DNA of 64,000 nt from an uncultured Bacteroidales bacterium. GTDB taxonomy: Bacteria; Bacteroidota; Bacteroidia; Bacteroidales; CAIXZF01. Below the pieces are notes generated by a model, which did no database searches, was not told the DNA's origin, and saw nothing but the letters and a program-made list of their open reading frames with translations. This document shows positions 19,454 through 30,521 of the stretch, piece by piece. The position numbers and the translations under genes are program-made. The first letter of the stretch is position 1; the number at the start of each line of letters is the position of its first letter. Location of the stretch: contig CAZSDK010000016.1 of NCBI GenBank assembly GCA_964605655.1, forward strand, positions 27,455 through 91,454, read 5' to 3'.

Positions 19454-20818
19454 ATGAGCATGGAATCTTCAGACATTATTGTCGGACTCGACATCGGTAC
19501 GACCAAAATTGCGGTCATTGTCGGCCGACTCAACGAAAACAACAAGATTGAAATTCTTGGCATGGGCAAATCAGACTCCATCGGTGTGAGAAGGGGTGTG
19601 GTTTCGAACATTGAAGACACGGTACGCTCTATCAAAACGGCCGTGGAAAACGCTGAGAAAAGTGCCAATGTGACGATCAGGAATGTATATGTAGGCATCG
19701 CCGGTCAGCACATCAAGAGCCTTCAGCATCGCGGAAGCCTGATCCGTAACAGCGGAGAAGAAGAGATCTGCGAGGAGGACATCGACCGTCTGCATGAGAA
19801 CATGTATAAGCTGGTGATGCCACCCGGTGAGGAAATCATACAGGTGATCGCCCAGGACTACATTATTGACGGAGAACAAGGTATCAAGCAACCCATCGGT
19901 ATCTGTGGGGTGTCACTCGAAGCCAACTTCCATATTATTGTAGGCCAGACCGCTGCAGTGAAGAACATTTACAAATGTGTTACCAAAGCAGGGCTGCAGG
20001 TCATCGGAATGATGCTGGAGCCCCTGTCCTCAGCAGCTGCAGTCCTGAGCGAGGAAGAAAAAGAAGCAGGTGTGGTTTTGGTCGATATCGGCGGAGGCAC
20101 TACTGACATCGCCATCTTCCAGGATTGCATCATCCGTCATACCGCGGTGATTCCTTTTGGAGGGGATGTCATCACCGATGATATCAGGGAAGGTTGCCAT
20201 ATCATTCGTAAACACGCTGAAGAACTGAAAATTAAGTTTGGAAGCTGCCTGGCAAGTGAGAACAAAGACGAGGAGATCGTGGCCATCAGGGGGCTTCGTG
20301 ACCGTCCAGCCCGCGAAATCTCACTAAAAACCCTTGCCTTGATCATCGAGGCCCGCATGGAAGAGATCATTCACTTCGTCAGGAATGAAATCAAAAACTC
20401 AGGCTACGAAAAGAAACTGATCGGTGGTATCGTTCTGACGGGGGGTGGGTCGATGATGAAACATATCTCACAGCTGACAGAATTTCAAACCGGCTACGAC
20501 ACCCGCATTGGTTACCCTAACGAACACCTTGGCAAAGGGGTATCGAACGAACTGGCCAATCCCATGTTTGCTACCGGTACCGGCCTGGTTTACCTGGCTG
20601 GAGAAAAATTGGCCAAAGAACTGCGCCTGAACACCCAGGAAGAGTTTGTAACCACCGATGCCGAGATCAAGGAACCCGACGCGGAATCCGGAGATGCCAC
20701 GAACGCTGGCGTATCCAAACCACCCAGGGAAAGACCCATTAAGGTCTTCAATATCGGGGAGAGACTCTTCAAGATTGTCACCGAGTTTTTTGAAGCCGAC
20801 GGCAAAAAACTTGCGTGA
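19454..20818 (+). CDS. ftsA: Cell division protein FtsA
   Basis: VGLDIGTTK, VDIGGGTTD, LTGGGS. Confidence 0.97.
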   Translation: MSMESSDIIVGLDIGTTKIAVIVGRLNENNKIEILGMGKSDSIGVRRGVVSNIEDTVRSIKTAVENAEKSANVTIRNVYVGIAGQHIKSLQHRGSLIRNSGEEEICEEDIDRLHENMYKLVMPPGEEIIQVIAQDYIIDGEQGIKQPIGICGVSLEANFHIIVGQTAAVKNIYKCVTKAGLQVIGMMLEPLSSAAAVLSEEEKEAGVVLVDIGGGTTDIAIFQDCIIRHTAVIPFGGDVITDDIREGCHIIRKHAEELKIKFGSCLASENKDEEIVAIRGLRDRPAREISLKTLALIIEARMEEIIHFVRNEIKNSGYEKKLIGGIVLTGGGSMMKHISQLTEFQTGYDTRIGYPNEHLGKGVSNELANPMFATGTGLVYLAGEKLAKELRLNTQEEFVTTDAEIKEPDAESGDATNAGVSKPPRERPIKVFNIGERLFKIVTEFFEADGKKLA

Positions 20819-20904
20819 CAACATATTAACAAACAGTTGAAAAATATTTTGAACTGGTCAGTCCATCCAAGCAATATAATTAGTTAATTTGAGGAGGAAA
20901 TAAT

Positions 20905-22686
20905 ATGACTTATTTAGAAAATCAAAATCATACGCCAAGCATGATCAGATTTGATTTACCAAAGATCGATTCATCCATTATCAAGGTTATTGGCGTTGGT
21001 GGAGGAGGAAGTAATGCGGTCAACCACATGTTCCGCCAGGGAATACAGGGTGTTGACTTCGTGGTGTGTAATACTGATTCTCAATCTCTTACTTTAAGTC
21101 CCATTGCCAGGAAGATACAACTGGGCTCCTCACTGACGGAAGGCCGGGGCGCCGGTTCCCTTCCTTCGGTCGGCAGAAATGCAGCATTGGAGAATATCGA
21201 GGACATCAGGAAGATGTTGGAAAACAGTACCAAGATGCTTTTCATCACGGCAGGAATGGGAGGAGGAACCGGTACGGGAGCAGCTCCGGTAATCGCCTCT
21301 GTTGCCAAAGAACTGAATATTCTTACCGTAGGCATCGTTACCATGCCTTTCAGCTTTGAAGGGATCAAAAGGAAAAAACAGGCGGAAGAAGGGATCAAAG
21401 AACTGAGAGAACACGTGGACAGCCTTCTGGTCATCTCCAATGACAAGCTGCGGGAACTTCACGGTGACCTCACCCTCTCTCAGGCATTTGGTAAAGCCGA
21501 TGATATCCTCACCATTGCCGCAAAAGGAATAGCGGAGATCATTACCGTTCCTGGTTATATTAATGTTGATTTTGAGGATGTTAAGACTGTGATGAAGGAC
21601 AGTGGCGTGGCTATTATGGGTTCCGGTACCGCAGAAGGCGAAGACAGGGCTCTTCATGCCGTGGAATCCGCCCTCACCTCTCCCCTGCTCAATGACAATA
21701 ATATTGACGGTGCCATCAACATCCTCCTGTATATCTCCTCCGGAACCATGGAAGTGACCATGGACGAAGTGACCATCATCACCGATTATATCCAGAGCAA
21801 AGCAGGACAGGATGCCGAGATCATCTGGGGCAACGGAAGAGATGAGAACCTGGGTGAAAAGATCAGCATCACCCTGGTAGCCACAGGCTTCGAAATCAAC
21901 GGTTCAGAAAAAAGGGCAAGACAGGCCATCGAAAACAAAGCCATCTTCGTTGGTACGGTCGGCGATGCCGTGGTGCCCGAAAAACCTACCTTCGGCAAAG
22001 ACAATACCATCGTCCCAGGTGTGCCCGAACCACAGGAAGAATTTGTTCTCAGTACAGAGCCCATCATCATGGACTTTACCCTGGAACCGAAAGAATCAGA
22101 GCCCGTTGTACCGGAGCACACCCCTCCTGCTGAAGAACCTCAGGACTTTCCATTCAATGAACGGCCCATCGTCTTTGATCTCTCTCCGGAAACCGAGTCA
22201 GAACCTCAGCCTGAGGCTATTTTTGAACCTGAACCAATGCCTGAGTTTGAGCTTGAACCTGAGCCGGAAGTTGAGCAGGTGCGTGAGCCTGAGCCTGAAC
22301 CATTTACAGGGTTTCAAGGGTTCAGCAGTTTCGAACCATCCTTCGAGTTAAAGGATGAGGAAACCCCTGACAACCACTTCTTTAATGAAGTCCCCATGGA
22401 AACAAACGCTGAACCGGTTCCGGAGCCCGTGGATGAGACCTCCTCCATCGACAGGAATCACCAGGACCGTATCAGCCGTCTGAGGGAACTCAGTCTGAGG
22501 CTTAAAGCCCCGGAAGTCATCGATAAGCTTGAAAGGGAACCGGCCTACCTCAGAAAACAAATGGAACTTTCCGAGCCCAAACATTCCTCCGAATCCGAAG
22601 TTTCTCAATTCACCCTTGCCGGTGATTCCAATGGAGGGATAGAACTCAAACAGAATAACTCTTTCCTTCACGATCAGCCTGACTGA
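20905..22686 (+). CDS. ftsZ: Cell division GTPase FtsZ with a long acidic linker
   Basis: GVGGGGSNAV, AGMGGGTGTG, NVDFEDV; Bacteroidota C-terminus EPAYLR...NSFLHDQPD. Confidence 0.98.
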   Translation: MTYLENQNHTPSMIRFDLPKIDSSIIKVIGVGGGGSNAVNHMFRQGIQGVDFVVCNTDSQSLTLSPIARKIQLGSSLTEGRGAGSLPSVGRNAALENIEDIRKMLENSTKMLFITAGMGGGTGTGAAPVIASVAKELNILTVGIVTMPFSFEGIKRKKQAEEGIKELREHVDSLLVISNDKLRELHGDLTLSQAFGKADDILTIAAKGIAEIITVPGYINVDFEDVKTVMKDSGVAIMGSGTAEGEDRALHAVESALTSPLLNDNNIDGAINILLYISSGTMEVTMDEVTIITDYIQSKAGQDAEIIWGNGRDENLGEKISITLVATGFEINGSEKRARQAIENKAIFVGTVGDAVVPEKPTFGKDNTIVPGVPEPQEEFVLSTEPIIMDFTLEPKESEPVVPEHTPPAEEPQDFPFNERPIVFDLSPETESEPQPEAIFEPEPMPEFELEPEPEVEQVREPEPEPFTGFQGFSSFEPSFELKDEETPDNHFFNEVPMETNAEPVPEPVDETSSIDRNHQDRISRLRELSLRLKAPEVIDKLEREPAYLRKQMELSEPKHSSESEVSQFTLAGDSNGGIELKQNNSFLHDQPD

Positions 22687-22714
22687 TCGCTTTTTGCCAT
22701 TCAATGATAGTATT

Positions 22715-23167
22715 ATGAGCCTTAGTGATAAGATCAATGAGGATATTAAGGCAGCCATGCTTGCCAAAGAAAAAGACAAGCTGGAAGCCCTCCGGGCTGT
22801 GAAATCTGCTCTTCTCCTTTTAAAAACAGCCGAAGGTGCCAGCCAGGAGATCACCCCGGAAGAGGAGATCCGGCTGTTGCAAAAACTGGTCAAACAAAGA
22901 AAAGAAGCAGCTGAAGTGTTTACCGCCCAACACAGGGATGATCTTGCTTCCGTCGAATCGATGCAAGCCACCGTCATCGAAGCCTATCTTCCCAAACAGA
23001 TGTCAGCCGAAGCAATTAAGGACGCTGTAAATGAAGTCATTAAGGAAACCGGTGCTTCGTCAATCAAAGATATGGGCAGAGTGATGGGACTCGTATCCTC
23101 CAGACTGGCCGGAAAGGCCGACAATAAAACCATCGCTTCAGTGGTGAAAGAACTTTTAGGGGTCTAA
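22715..23167 (+). CDS. GatB/YqeY domain protein
   Basis: KAAMLAKEK..LEALRAVKS, KQRKEA, KDMGRVMG, GKAD; start moved to the ATG at 22715. Confidence 0.92.
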   Translation: MSLSDKINEDIKAAMLAKEKDKLEALRAVKSALLLLKTAEGASQEITPEEEIRLLQKLVKQRKEAAEVFTAQHRDDLASVESMQATVIEAYLPKQMSAEAIKDAVNEVIKETGASSIKDMGRVMGLVSSRLAGKADNKTIASVVKELLGV

Positions 23168-24375
23168 TTCTTTTTAAACAGACGGCCCGGACCCTCTTTC
23201 GACTTTTTAATGAACACAATAAGCTTTGAAAGCAATATCATCGGCTTCCATAAAAGCCTGAACCTGTTCATCTTATTTCTGAATTCCTGGTAGCTCACCT
23301 GGCCTCTTAAAACCTTACAAAATCCTTTCCACAGCCTTTCCCTCTTTTTCAACTGACAATGGATCAGCCGTGGTGCCGCATTAAAAACCTGCATGAGAGG
23401 GTAGGCAGCAAGCAACTCACTGATCACCTCAGCATCCATCCGTTGCCGGTACTGGAAAACATCAGCGGTGACCCCTTCCAGACACTCCATGATAGCAGCA
23501 GCTGCCATCTTTCCGCTTTTCAGGGCATAATAGATACCTTCACCGGTGAGCGGGTCGGTGAGCCCGGCAGCATCCCCGACCACCATGACCCTTGAAGCCT
23601 GTATCCTTCCCGTTGCTGTCCGGAAAGGCAAAGGATAGGTCCTGAAACTCAGGATCTCTATATCATCGATATTCAAGGATTCGAGGAAATACAGAAAGTA
23701 CTTCTTCAGATATTTGGCTTGTTTCACGGGTCCGCCCACACCGATGGAAAGATGATCCTTTTTGGGGAAAGCCCAGGCATATCCCCCGATGATGGTCCCC
23801 CAGTCAAGATGGACCGTATCCTGAAACCTGGGCAGTTCATGCTCCTTGATCCGGATCTCGCTCTCGATCCCTATCCCTTTCTTAATGTTATCATTGAGCT
23901 GGAAACACCTGGCAGTAATGCTGTTGACTCCATCCGCCCCGATCACGAACTTTCCCACGTACTCCTTGCTGTCGGTATGAACCAATATATGCTCCATAGC
24001 CTCTGTGAAACCCGTGACCTTCACCCCCTGGATAAGCTCAGCACCTTTTTCAATGGCCTTATTTACAAGCAGATGATCGAATTTATCACGCATCACGCAA
24101 CACATCAGCGGATCTGCTGATTCCCTCAGATAACTGTACTTGAATTTATGGGAAAACCGGAATTTATAAATCGAAGTCTCTATGATCTCATCAATAGAGA
24201 ACGGAAGAAGCTCCAGAGTGCGGTAAGTGATGCCTCCTCCGCACGGTTTCAGGCGGGGAAGAAACTCCTTCTCGATGATCAGAACCTGGTACCCCCTGTC
24301 AGCCAGATGGTAGGCAGCAATGCTTCCTGCCGGCCCGGCACCCACCACGATCACATCAAACTTCTGAAGATTCAT
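23164..24375 (-). CDS. Geranylgeranyl reductase-family FAD oxidoreductase
   Basis: VGAGPAGS, PR.KPCGGG, GADGVNS, YAWAFPK, GDAAG.DPLTGEGIYYA. Confidence 0.9.
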   Translation of the reverse strand: MNLQKFDVIVVGAGPAGSIAAYHLADRGYQVLIIEKEFLPRLKPCGGGITYRTLELLPFSIDEIIETSIYKFRFSHKFKYSYLRESADPLMCCVMRDKFDHLLVNKAIEKGAELIQGVKVTGFTEAMEHILVHTDSKEYVGKFVIGADGVNSITARCFQLNDNIKKGIGIESEIRIKEHELPRFQDTVHLDWGTIIGGYAWAFPKKDHLSIGVGGPVKQAKYLKKYFLYFLESLNIDDIEILSFRTYPLPFRTATGRIQASRVMVVGDAAGLTDPLTGEGIYYALKSGKMAAAAIMECLEGVTADVFQYRQRMDAEVISELLAAYPLMQVFNAAPRLIHCQLKKRERLWKGFCKVLRGQVSYQEFRNKMNRFRLLWKPMILLSKLIVFIKKSKEGPGRLFKKN

Positions 24376-24403
24376 AGCACTGGCCTTGAGCTAACCGCTT
24401 GTT

Positions 24404-27400
24404 CTATGCTGTCACAGATCCACCGTGACAGTGTTTATATTTTTTACCACTGCCACAGGGGCAGGGATCGTTCCTTCCGACTTTCTTTTCAACGCGCACC
24501 GGCTGAGGGCGCTGGGGTTCTGAAGTGCGGTTCGGTGCAGCGACGTCATCACGACCTGTCTTCAGGTTACTCATATCGGTCTGCCTGGGAATCCTGGCCT
24601 CCTGAACCTTGTTGTTCTCCATACCCGGCACCACACCCTTCAGCAGAAAACTGCATATCTCCTTGTTGATCTTCTGGACCATGGTCTTGAACAGCTCAAA
24701 GGACTCGAATTTGTAAATGAGCAGTGGATCTTTCTGTTCATAGGTGGCATTCTGTACCGATTGTTTCAACTCGTCCATTTCCCTCAGATGCTCCTTCCAG
24801 GCATCATCGATCAGGGCGAGGTTCAGTCCCTTCTCGATGGCCAGGTTCACCTCCCGGCCTTTGTCGAGATAGGCCTTTTTCAGGTTGGCGATCACCTGCA
24901 GGGTTTTCAGACCGTCGGTGACAGGGATGGCAATATTCTCAAAATGAGTATTGTTCTCGTAAATATCCTGTATCAAAGGATAAACATTGGTAGCCAGTAT
25001 ATCCCGTTTGGTCTTGTAGAAGGAAGTGACATTCTGGAAAAGTTCTTCCGTCAGTTCCTTCTGGCTCCCGTTCAGAAATTCCTTCTCAGTAAAAGGTGTT
25101 TCAATAGCCATAGACCTCAATAACTCCAGGCGGAACCCGTCATAATCACCGCTGTCGGAATAGTCTCCCACGATCGCTTCACTCACATCAAAAAACAGGT
25201 TGGAAATATCAAGCGACAAACGTTCACCATACAGGGCATGTCTTCTCTTTTTATAGATGACCTCTCTCTGTGAGTTCATTACGTTGTCATACTCCAGCAG
25301 TCTTTTCCTGATGCCAAAGTTGTTCTCCTCCACTTTCCTCTGGGCTCTTTCGATGGATTTGGAGATCATAGAATGCTGGATCACCTCCCCTTCTTTCAAT
25401 CCAAGGCGGTCCATGACCCTGGCAATCCTTTCAGATCCAAACAGCCGCATCAGGTCATCTTCCAGGGAGACAAAAAACTGGGAGCTCCCCGGGTCACCCT
25501 GCCTGCCTGAACGTCCTCTGAGCTGCCGGTCTACCCTTCGTGACTCATGGCGTTCCGTGCCGATGATCGCCAAACCACCTGCATCCTTCACACCGGGACC
25601 CAGTTTTATGTCCGTTCCTCTACCAGCCATGTTGGTGGCTATGGTCACACTGCCCGGCAGACCGGCATGGGCGACGATCTCTGCTTCCTTGGCATGAAGC
25701 TTGGCATTCAACACGTTGTGCTTAATATTCTTCCTGACAAGCATACGGCTCAGCAATTCAGAGGTCTCAACAGAGGTGGTACCCACCAATACCGGCCTGC
25801 CCTTCTGTGTCAGGTCCACGACCTCGTCAATGACCGCATTGAACTTTTCCCGCTTCGTCTTATAGACCAGGTCCTCGCGGTCATCCCTGACAACAGGCCT
25901 GTTGGTCGGGATGACCACCACATCCAGCTTATAGATATCCCAGAACTCGCCGGCTTCCGTCTCTGCAGTACCGGTCATACCTGCCAGTTTCTTGTACATC
26001 CTGAAATAATTCTGAAGGGTGATGGTGGCATAGGTCTGGGTGGCTGCTTCCACCGTTACATTCTCCTTCGCTTCAATGGCCTGGTGCAGACCATCGGAAT
26101 ACCTTCTCCCTTCCAGGATACGCCCGGTCTGCTCATCCACGATCTTGATCTTGTTGTCCATGATCACGTATTCCACATCCTTCTCAAAGAGTGCATAAGC
26201 CCTCAGAAGTTGGTTCACCGTGTGAATACGCTCCGATTTAATGGAATAATCCCTGATGATCTCGGTTTTCTTCTCCAGCTTCTTCGCATCCGTGAGGTTC
26301 AATTTGTCGAGATCAGCCAGCTCGGCTCCTATGTCGGGGATGAGGTAGAATTTAGGATCCTCATAGGATTCCGTAATAAGATCGATCCCTTTTTCAGAAA
26401 TATCAATCGTATTGTTCTTTTCATCGATGACAAAAAACAACTCATCATCGATCAGGTGCATGTTTTTCGACTGTTCCGCCATATAGAAGTTTTCGGTCTT
26501 CTGCAACAGGGCCCTCATTCCAGGTTCACTGAGAAACTTGATGAGTGCCTTGTTCTTTGGAAGGCCACGGTGAGACCTGAGCAGATACTCCCCGCCCTTC
26601 TTCTCTTCCTCCGGCGTCAGGTTTTCTTTACCCAGGAGCGATTTTGCGTCGGCCAAAACCTTGGTTACCAGGTTCTTCTGCGCATTATACAGTTTGAGTA
26701 CCGGTGGCTTCAAGGCATCGAACTCCTGGTTATCACCTTTTGGAGTCGGACCAGAGATGATCAGAGGAGTACGTGCATCATCGATGAGGACAGAGTCCAC
26801 CTCGTCGACAATGGCATAGTTATGCACCCTTTGGACCAGTTCCTCAGGATTACGCGACATGTTATCACGCAGGTAATCAAATCCGAACTCGTTATTGGTA
26901 CCGAAGGTGACATCTGCCAGGTAAGCGTTTTTCCTTTCTTCTGAATTCGGCTCATGCCTGTCGATGCAATCGACCTTCAGGCCGTGGAACTCATAAAGGA
27001 CACCCATCCATTCCGAGTCTCTTTTGGCAAGGTAATCGTTCACCGTCACCACATGAACCCCCTTTCCAGGCAAGGCATTTAAAAAGACAGGCAAGGTTGC
27101 GACCAGCGTTTTCCCTTCCCCTGTCGCCATTTCAGCAATCTTCCCTTCATGAAGAACAATACCGCCGATCAGCTGGACATCGTAGTGAACCATGTCCCAA
27201 CGGATGGAATTCCCTCCTGCCATCCAGCTGGAATGGTATTTAGCCTTGTCCCCCTCAATGACCACGCTCGCCCTGGTGGCAGCCATATCCCTGTCCATCT
27301 GAGTTGCCGTCACCTCCACCCATTCGTTCTCAACGAACCTTTTGGCTGTTTCCTTCATCACGGCAAAAGCTTCCGGAAGGATCTTACCCAGCATCTCCTG

Positions 27401-27700
27401 GGTCTTTTCATACAGTCTTTTATCCAGACGGTCTATCTCAGTATAGATCCTTTCCTTTTCATGGGCATCCATTTCCGGGTCCTGCTCCATTTGCTCCCTG
27501 AGAGTAGCAATACTCTCTTCTTCCTCAGCTATATAATCCCAGATTCTCTTCCTGAATTCCTGGGTCATCGACCTGAGCTCATCATTACTCAACAGCTTGA
27601 TCTTCTCATAGGCAAGACGGATGTCATCTACCAGCGGATTCACCAGTTTCAGGTCCCGTTCCGATTTAGTGCCCAGAAATTGCTTAAAAAGTCCCAACAT
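24404..27700 (-). CDS. secA: Preprotein translocase ATPase SecA
   Basis: [41 protein letters not shown] motif [18 protein letters not shown]. Confidence 0.99.
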   Translation of the reverse strand: MLGLFKQFLGTKSERDLKLVNPLVDDIRLAYEKIKLLSNDELRSMTQEFRKRIWDYIAEEEESIATLREQMEQDPEMDAHEKERIYTEIDRLDKRLYEKTQEMLGKILPEAFAVMKETAKRFVENEWVEVTATQMDRDMAATRASVVIEGDKAKYHSSWMAGGNSIRWDMVHYDVQLIGGIVLHEGKIAEMATGEGKTLVATLPVFLNALPGKGVHVVTVNDYLAKRDSEWMGVLYEFHGLKVDCIDRHEPNSEERKNAYLADVTFGTNNEFGFDYLRDNMSRNPEELVQRVHNYAIVDEVDSVLIDDARTPLIISGPTPKGDNQEFDALKPPVLKLYNAQKNLVTKVLADAKSLLGKENLTPEEEKKGGEYLLRSHRGLPKNKALIKFLSEPGMRALLQKTENFYMAEQSKNMHLIDDELFFVIDEKNNTIDISEKGIDLITESYEDPKFYLIPDIGAELADLDKLNLTDAKKLEKKTEIIRDYSIKSERIHTVNQLLRAYALFEKDVEYVIMDNKIKIVDEQTGRILEGRRYSDGLHQAIEAKENVTVEAATQTYATITLQNYFRMYKKLAGMTGTAETEAGEFWDIYKLDVVVIPTNRPVVRDDREDLVYKTKREKFNAVIDEVVDLTQKGRPVLVGTTSVETSELLSRMLVRKNIKHNVLNAKLHAKEAEIVAHAGLPGSVTIATNMAGRGTDIKLGPGVKDAGGLAIIGTERHESRRVDRQLRGRSGRQGDPGSSQFFVSLEDDLMRLFGSERIARVMDRLGLKEGEVIQHSMISKSIERAQRKVEENNFGIRKRLLEYDNVMNSQREVIYKKRRHALYGERLSLDISNLFFDVSEAIVGDYSDSGDYDGFRLELLRSMAIETPFTEKEFLNGSQKELTEELFQNVTSFYKTKRDILATNVYPLIQDIYENNTHFENIAIPVTDGLKTLQVIANLKKAYLDKGREVNLAIEKGLNLALIDDAWKEHLREMDELKQSVQNATYEQKDPLLIYKFESFELFKTMVQKINKEICSFLLKGVVPGMENNKVQEARIPRQTDMSNLKTGRDDVAAPNRTSEPQRPQPVRVEKKVGRNDPCPCGSGKKYKHCHGGSVTA

Positions 27701-27812
27701 AATATTCTATTTTATTTCGACCGCCTGAAAACTTGTATGCAGAAAGGTAAAAAACCTCGTTGATTTTTTAATGACAGAATCTCTGATCTTTCGACCTGAA
27801 TCCTGTAAAACA

Positions 27813-27820
27813 CAAAAGTA
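27813..27820 (-). promoter_or_regulatory. -7 promoter element (TACTTTTG) upstream of secA
   Basis: Matches TAnnTTTG, 112 nt before the secA ATG. Confidence 0.55.
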
Positions 27821-27934
27821 CGGTTTATCACGATTGATTTATAAACACTGAAATGAACTGTGAATTAATCCCTGGAACGGGGCGGTGTCAAAAACGATGC
27901 CGCAGAAGAACATCTGACTTTATGGTTTACTATT

Positions 27935-27963
27935 AAAAAAAAAGCTGCCTGTACGGCAGCTTT
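27935..27963 (-). terminator. Intrinsic terminator after the DUF2795 gene
   Basis: Perfect 9-bp stem AAAGCTGCC-tgtac-GGCAGCTTT, with a T-run on the minus strand. Confidence 0.85.
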
Positions 27964-27995
27964 ATCGCATTCATCATATAAGTCTTGAATGATTC

Positions 27996-28217
27996 TCAGT
28001 ATTCATCCTCGTGAAAGAAAAAATCCTCTTTGGTCGGGTATTCAGGCCATAAGTCCTCAATACTCTCATACACTTCACCTTCGTCTTCGATTTCCCGAAG
28101 GTTCTCAATGACCTCAATAGGTGCTCCGGAACGGAGGCAATAATCAATCAACTCTTCCTTAGTGGCGGGCCAGGGAGCATCTTCCAGTTTTGAAGCCAAT
28201 TCCAGTGTCCAGTACAT
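27996..28217 (-). CDS. DUF2795 domain protein
   Basis: MYWTLELASKLEDAPWPATKEELIDY is the highly conserved Bacteroidota/Chlorobi sequence; TATTTTTG promoter at 28253-28260. Confidence 0.92.
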   Translation of the reverse strand: MYWTLELASKLEDAPWPATKEELIDYCLRSGAPIEVIENLREIEDEGEVYESIEDLWPEYPTKEDFFFHEDEY

Positions 28218-28432
28218 CGCTTGTCGGTTTAAACAGTAAACGTATTTTGCTGCAAAAATATATCTTTTTAAAAAAAAGTCAATATATGTCTAAAATCAGC
28301 AGGATTTTCTGTAAAATATTTTGTATTAACCACATTTAAAATCATTTACAAAATACCTTTTTCATGAGGATTCGCATTGGTAAAGTAAGGCATTTCCTTC
28401 TTCATTGATTACCTTTGACACGCTTTTAAACA

Positions 28433-30520
28433 ATGAAGAACAAACCTGTACCTTTTGGGAAGGATGGACGGACCGCATGGATTGCGGCTTTGCTGACCGC
28501 TGTAATCCTTGCCTATCTGCCGGTATTCTCCAACCAGTTTGTATCCTGGGATGATGGGGTTTATATTATTGATAATCCGCTTATTAAAACATTCTCTCTC
28601 TCTAACCTGTCAGCTATTTTCGGAAAATCTTTTGAAGGGCACTATCATCCTTTCACCCTTCTTTCCCTTTCTTTGGATTATCATCTCTGGGGATTGAACC
28701 CTGTCGGATTTCATGCTCATAACCTCTTTCTGCACCTTGTGAATACGGTTCTCGTTTTTCTGATTGTCAGGAAATTAACCTTCGGGGCTCACCTGGCCGG
28801 TTTGGCGGCCCTGCTTTTTGGCCTGCATCCCCAGCATGTGGAAGCCGTCGCCTGGGCAACCGCAAGAAAAGACGTACTATATTCCTTATACTTTCTCCTT
28901 TCTCTTTGGTCGTACCTGCAATATAAAAAACTCCACTCCAGGAGGTTGCTGTATCTAAGCTTCTTTGCTTTTATCTTTTCAGTCCTGTCGAAAGGACAAG
29001 GGGTTTTCCTGCCATTTTGTCTGCTGCTTATCGATCATGCCTGGGGTGATTCCCTTCGTTTGCGTGCTACCTGGACCAATAAACTCCCGTTTTTCGGGAT
29101 TGCCCTTTTCCTGGGTATTGTGGCTTACCTCACCCAGCGGTCCACCGGCTACACCGGAGAATCCGTTGCCTGGCCCACAGCCTGGAACACCCTGCTGATC
29201 GCCTTTTCCAGCTTCGCCTTTTATATATACAAATTCCTGCTGCCCATCAACCTTTCGGCCTACTATCCGGTCCCCGGAACACAAGGCCTGGCCCTATATC
29301 TGATGGCAACGGCCGGATTCCTTTTGATGGCCGGGTTGTTCTGGTGGATGAAACGAACGTATAAAAGGGCCCCGCTGGTGTTTTTCGGACTTGCCTTCTT
29401 TCTGGTGAACATCGGGATGTTCCTTCGCTGGATCCCCATTTCCAACTATCTGATCGCTGACCGATACACTTATATGGCCTCCATGGGAATTTTCATTTTG
29501 GCAGGTAAGGGTTGGGACTGGCTATATTCCCACCCGCGATGGAGATCATACTCCTATGTGCTGGTTCCCCTGCTCATCGTGACCCTGGCAGGGCTGACCT
29601 TTCAGCGGTCACAAGTATGGAGAGACAGTCTGAGCCTCACCAACAACATTCTGGTACAATACCCTGACGTTTACCCTGCCCTCAACGCCAGGGGGAATGA
29701 ATGGATGGCAAGAAAAGACTACAAAGCCGCCCTGGAGGATTTTAACCATGCCATCATCGTACAGCCCTCCCATTCAAGAGGATGGGCCAACCGCGGTTCC
29801 TTGTACTTCAAGACCGGGGACATCCCAAAGGCACTGCATGATTTTAAGCAGGCGGTCATCCTGGAACCTGGAAACCCCAGAATACTCAATAACAGGGGCC
29901 TTCTGCTGGATGCCCTCGGCAGGAGAGAGGATGCCCTGGCCGATTTTAACCGTGCCATACAGATCAGTCCGGGATTTTCAGAAGCCTATAACAACAAAGG
30001 GATGACCCTGGCGAAAATGGACCGTTGCAAAGAAGCCCTCGGTGACTTCGATACAGCCATTGAAACAGACAGAAACATGGCCAAAGCTTATGCCAACCGG
30101 GGCAAATGCAGGAACCAGACCTCCGATTTCGAAGGTGCCATCCGGGATTTTCAAAAATGCATCGACCTCGACCTGAAAGTGCCCCTGGTGTATTATGAGA
30201 TGGGACAGTCTTTCTACAACCTGAAAGATTTCTCAAAAGCCATACAGAACTTTGACCAGGCATTGAGCCTTCAACCTGACTACCTTCCGGCACTCACCTA
30301 CAGGGCTTACGCTCAGTTCAACATGGGTGATTTCGTTTCAGCTCTTCAAGACCTTGACAAGGTCATGCAGGCCGGCAGCACCGATCCTCTTGCTTTTGCC
30401 ATGAGAGGAATGTCGCTGGTCAAGCTGGGAAGAAAAGAAGAAGCCTGCCAGGATTTCCAAAAAGCCAGGGACCTGGGTCTTATCCAGGTAGAAAAACAGA
30501 TAACCAAATACTGCAATTGA
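28433..30520 (+). CDS. TMTC-like GT-C membrane glycosyltransferase with C-terminal TPR array
   Basis: WDD..YI.DNP, FHAHNL.LH, LFGLHPQHVEAVAW...RKD, ADRY.Y, then about 8 TPRs; TACCTTTG promoter at 28410-28417. Confidence 0.85.
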   Translation: MKNKPVPFGKDGRTAWIAALLTAVILAYLPVFSNQFVSWDDGVYIIDNPLIKTFSLSNLSAIFGKSFEGHYHPFTLLSLSLDYHLWGLNPVGFHAHNLFLHLVNTVLVFLIVRKLTFGAHLAGLAALLFGLHPQHVEAVAWATARKDVLYSLYFLLSLWSYLQYKKLHSRRLLYLSFFAFIFSVLSKGQGVFLPFCLLLIDHAWGDSLRLRATWTNKLPFFGIALFLGIVAYLTQRSTGYTGESVAWPTAWNTLLIAFSSFAFYIYKFLLPINLSAYYPVPGTQGLALYLMATAGFLLMAGLFWWMKRTYKRAPLVFFGLAFFLVNIGMFLRWIPISNYLIADRYTYMASMGIFILAGKGWDWLYSHPRWRSYSYVLVPLLIVTLAGLTFQRSQVWRDSLSLTNNILVQYPDVYPALNARGNEWMARKDYKAALEDFNHAIIVQPSHSRGWANRGSLYFKTGDIPKALHDFKQAVILEPGNPRILNNRGLLLDALGRREDALADFNRAIQISPGFSEAYNNKGMTLAKMDRCKEALGDFDTAIETDRNMAKAYANRGKCRNQTSDFEGAIRDFQKCIDLDLKVPLVYYEMGQSFYNLKDFSKAIQNFDQALSLQPDYLPALTYRAYAQFNMGDFVSALQDLDKVMQAGSTDPLAFAMRGMSLVKLGRKEEACQDFQKARDLGLIQVEKQITKYCN

Positions 30521-30521
30521 A

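Noticed and set aside
7749-23167. Absence of murF and ddl from the dcw cluster
   Set aside because: Normal for Bacteroidota, where these genes lie elsewhere
25547-26944. 465-aa plus-strand ORF
   Set aside because: Antisense shadow of secA caused by codon bias
27862-27883. Hairpin GCGGTGTC...GATGCCGC upstream of secA as a riboswitch
   Set aside because: It lies upstream of the predicted secA promoter, so outside the leader; no known aptamer motifs
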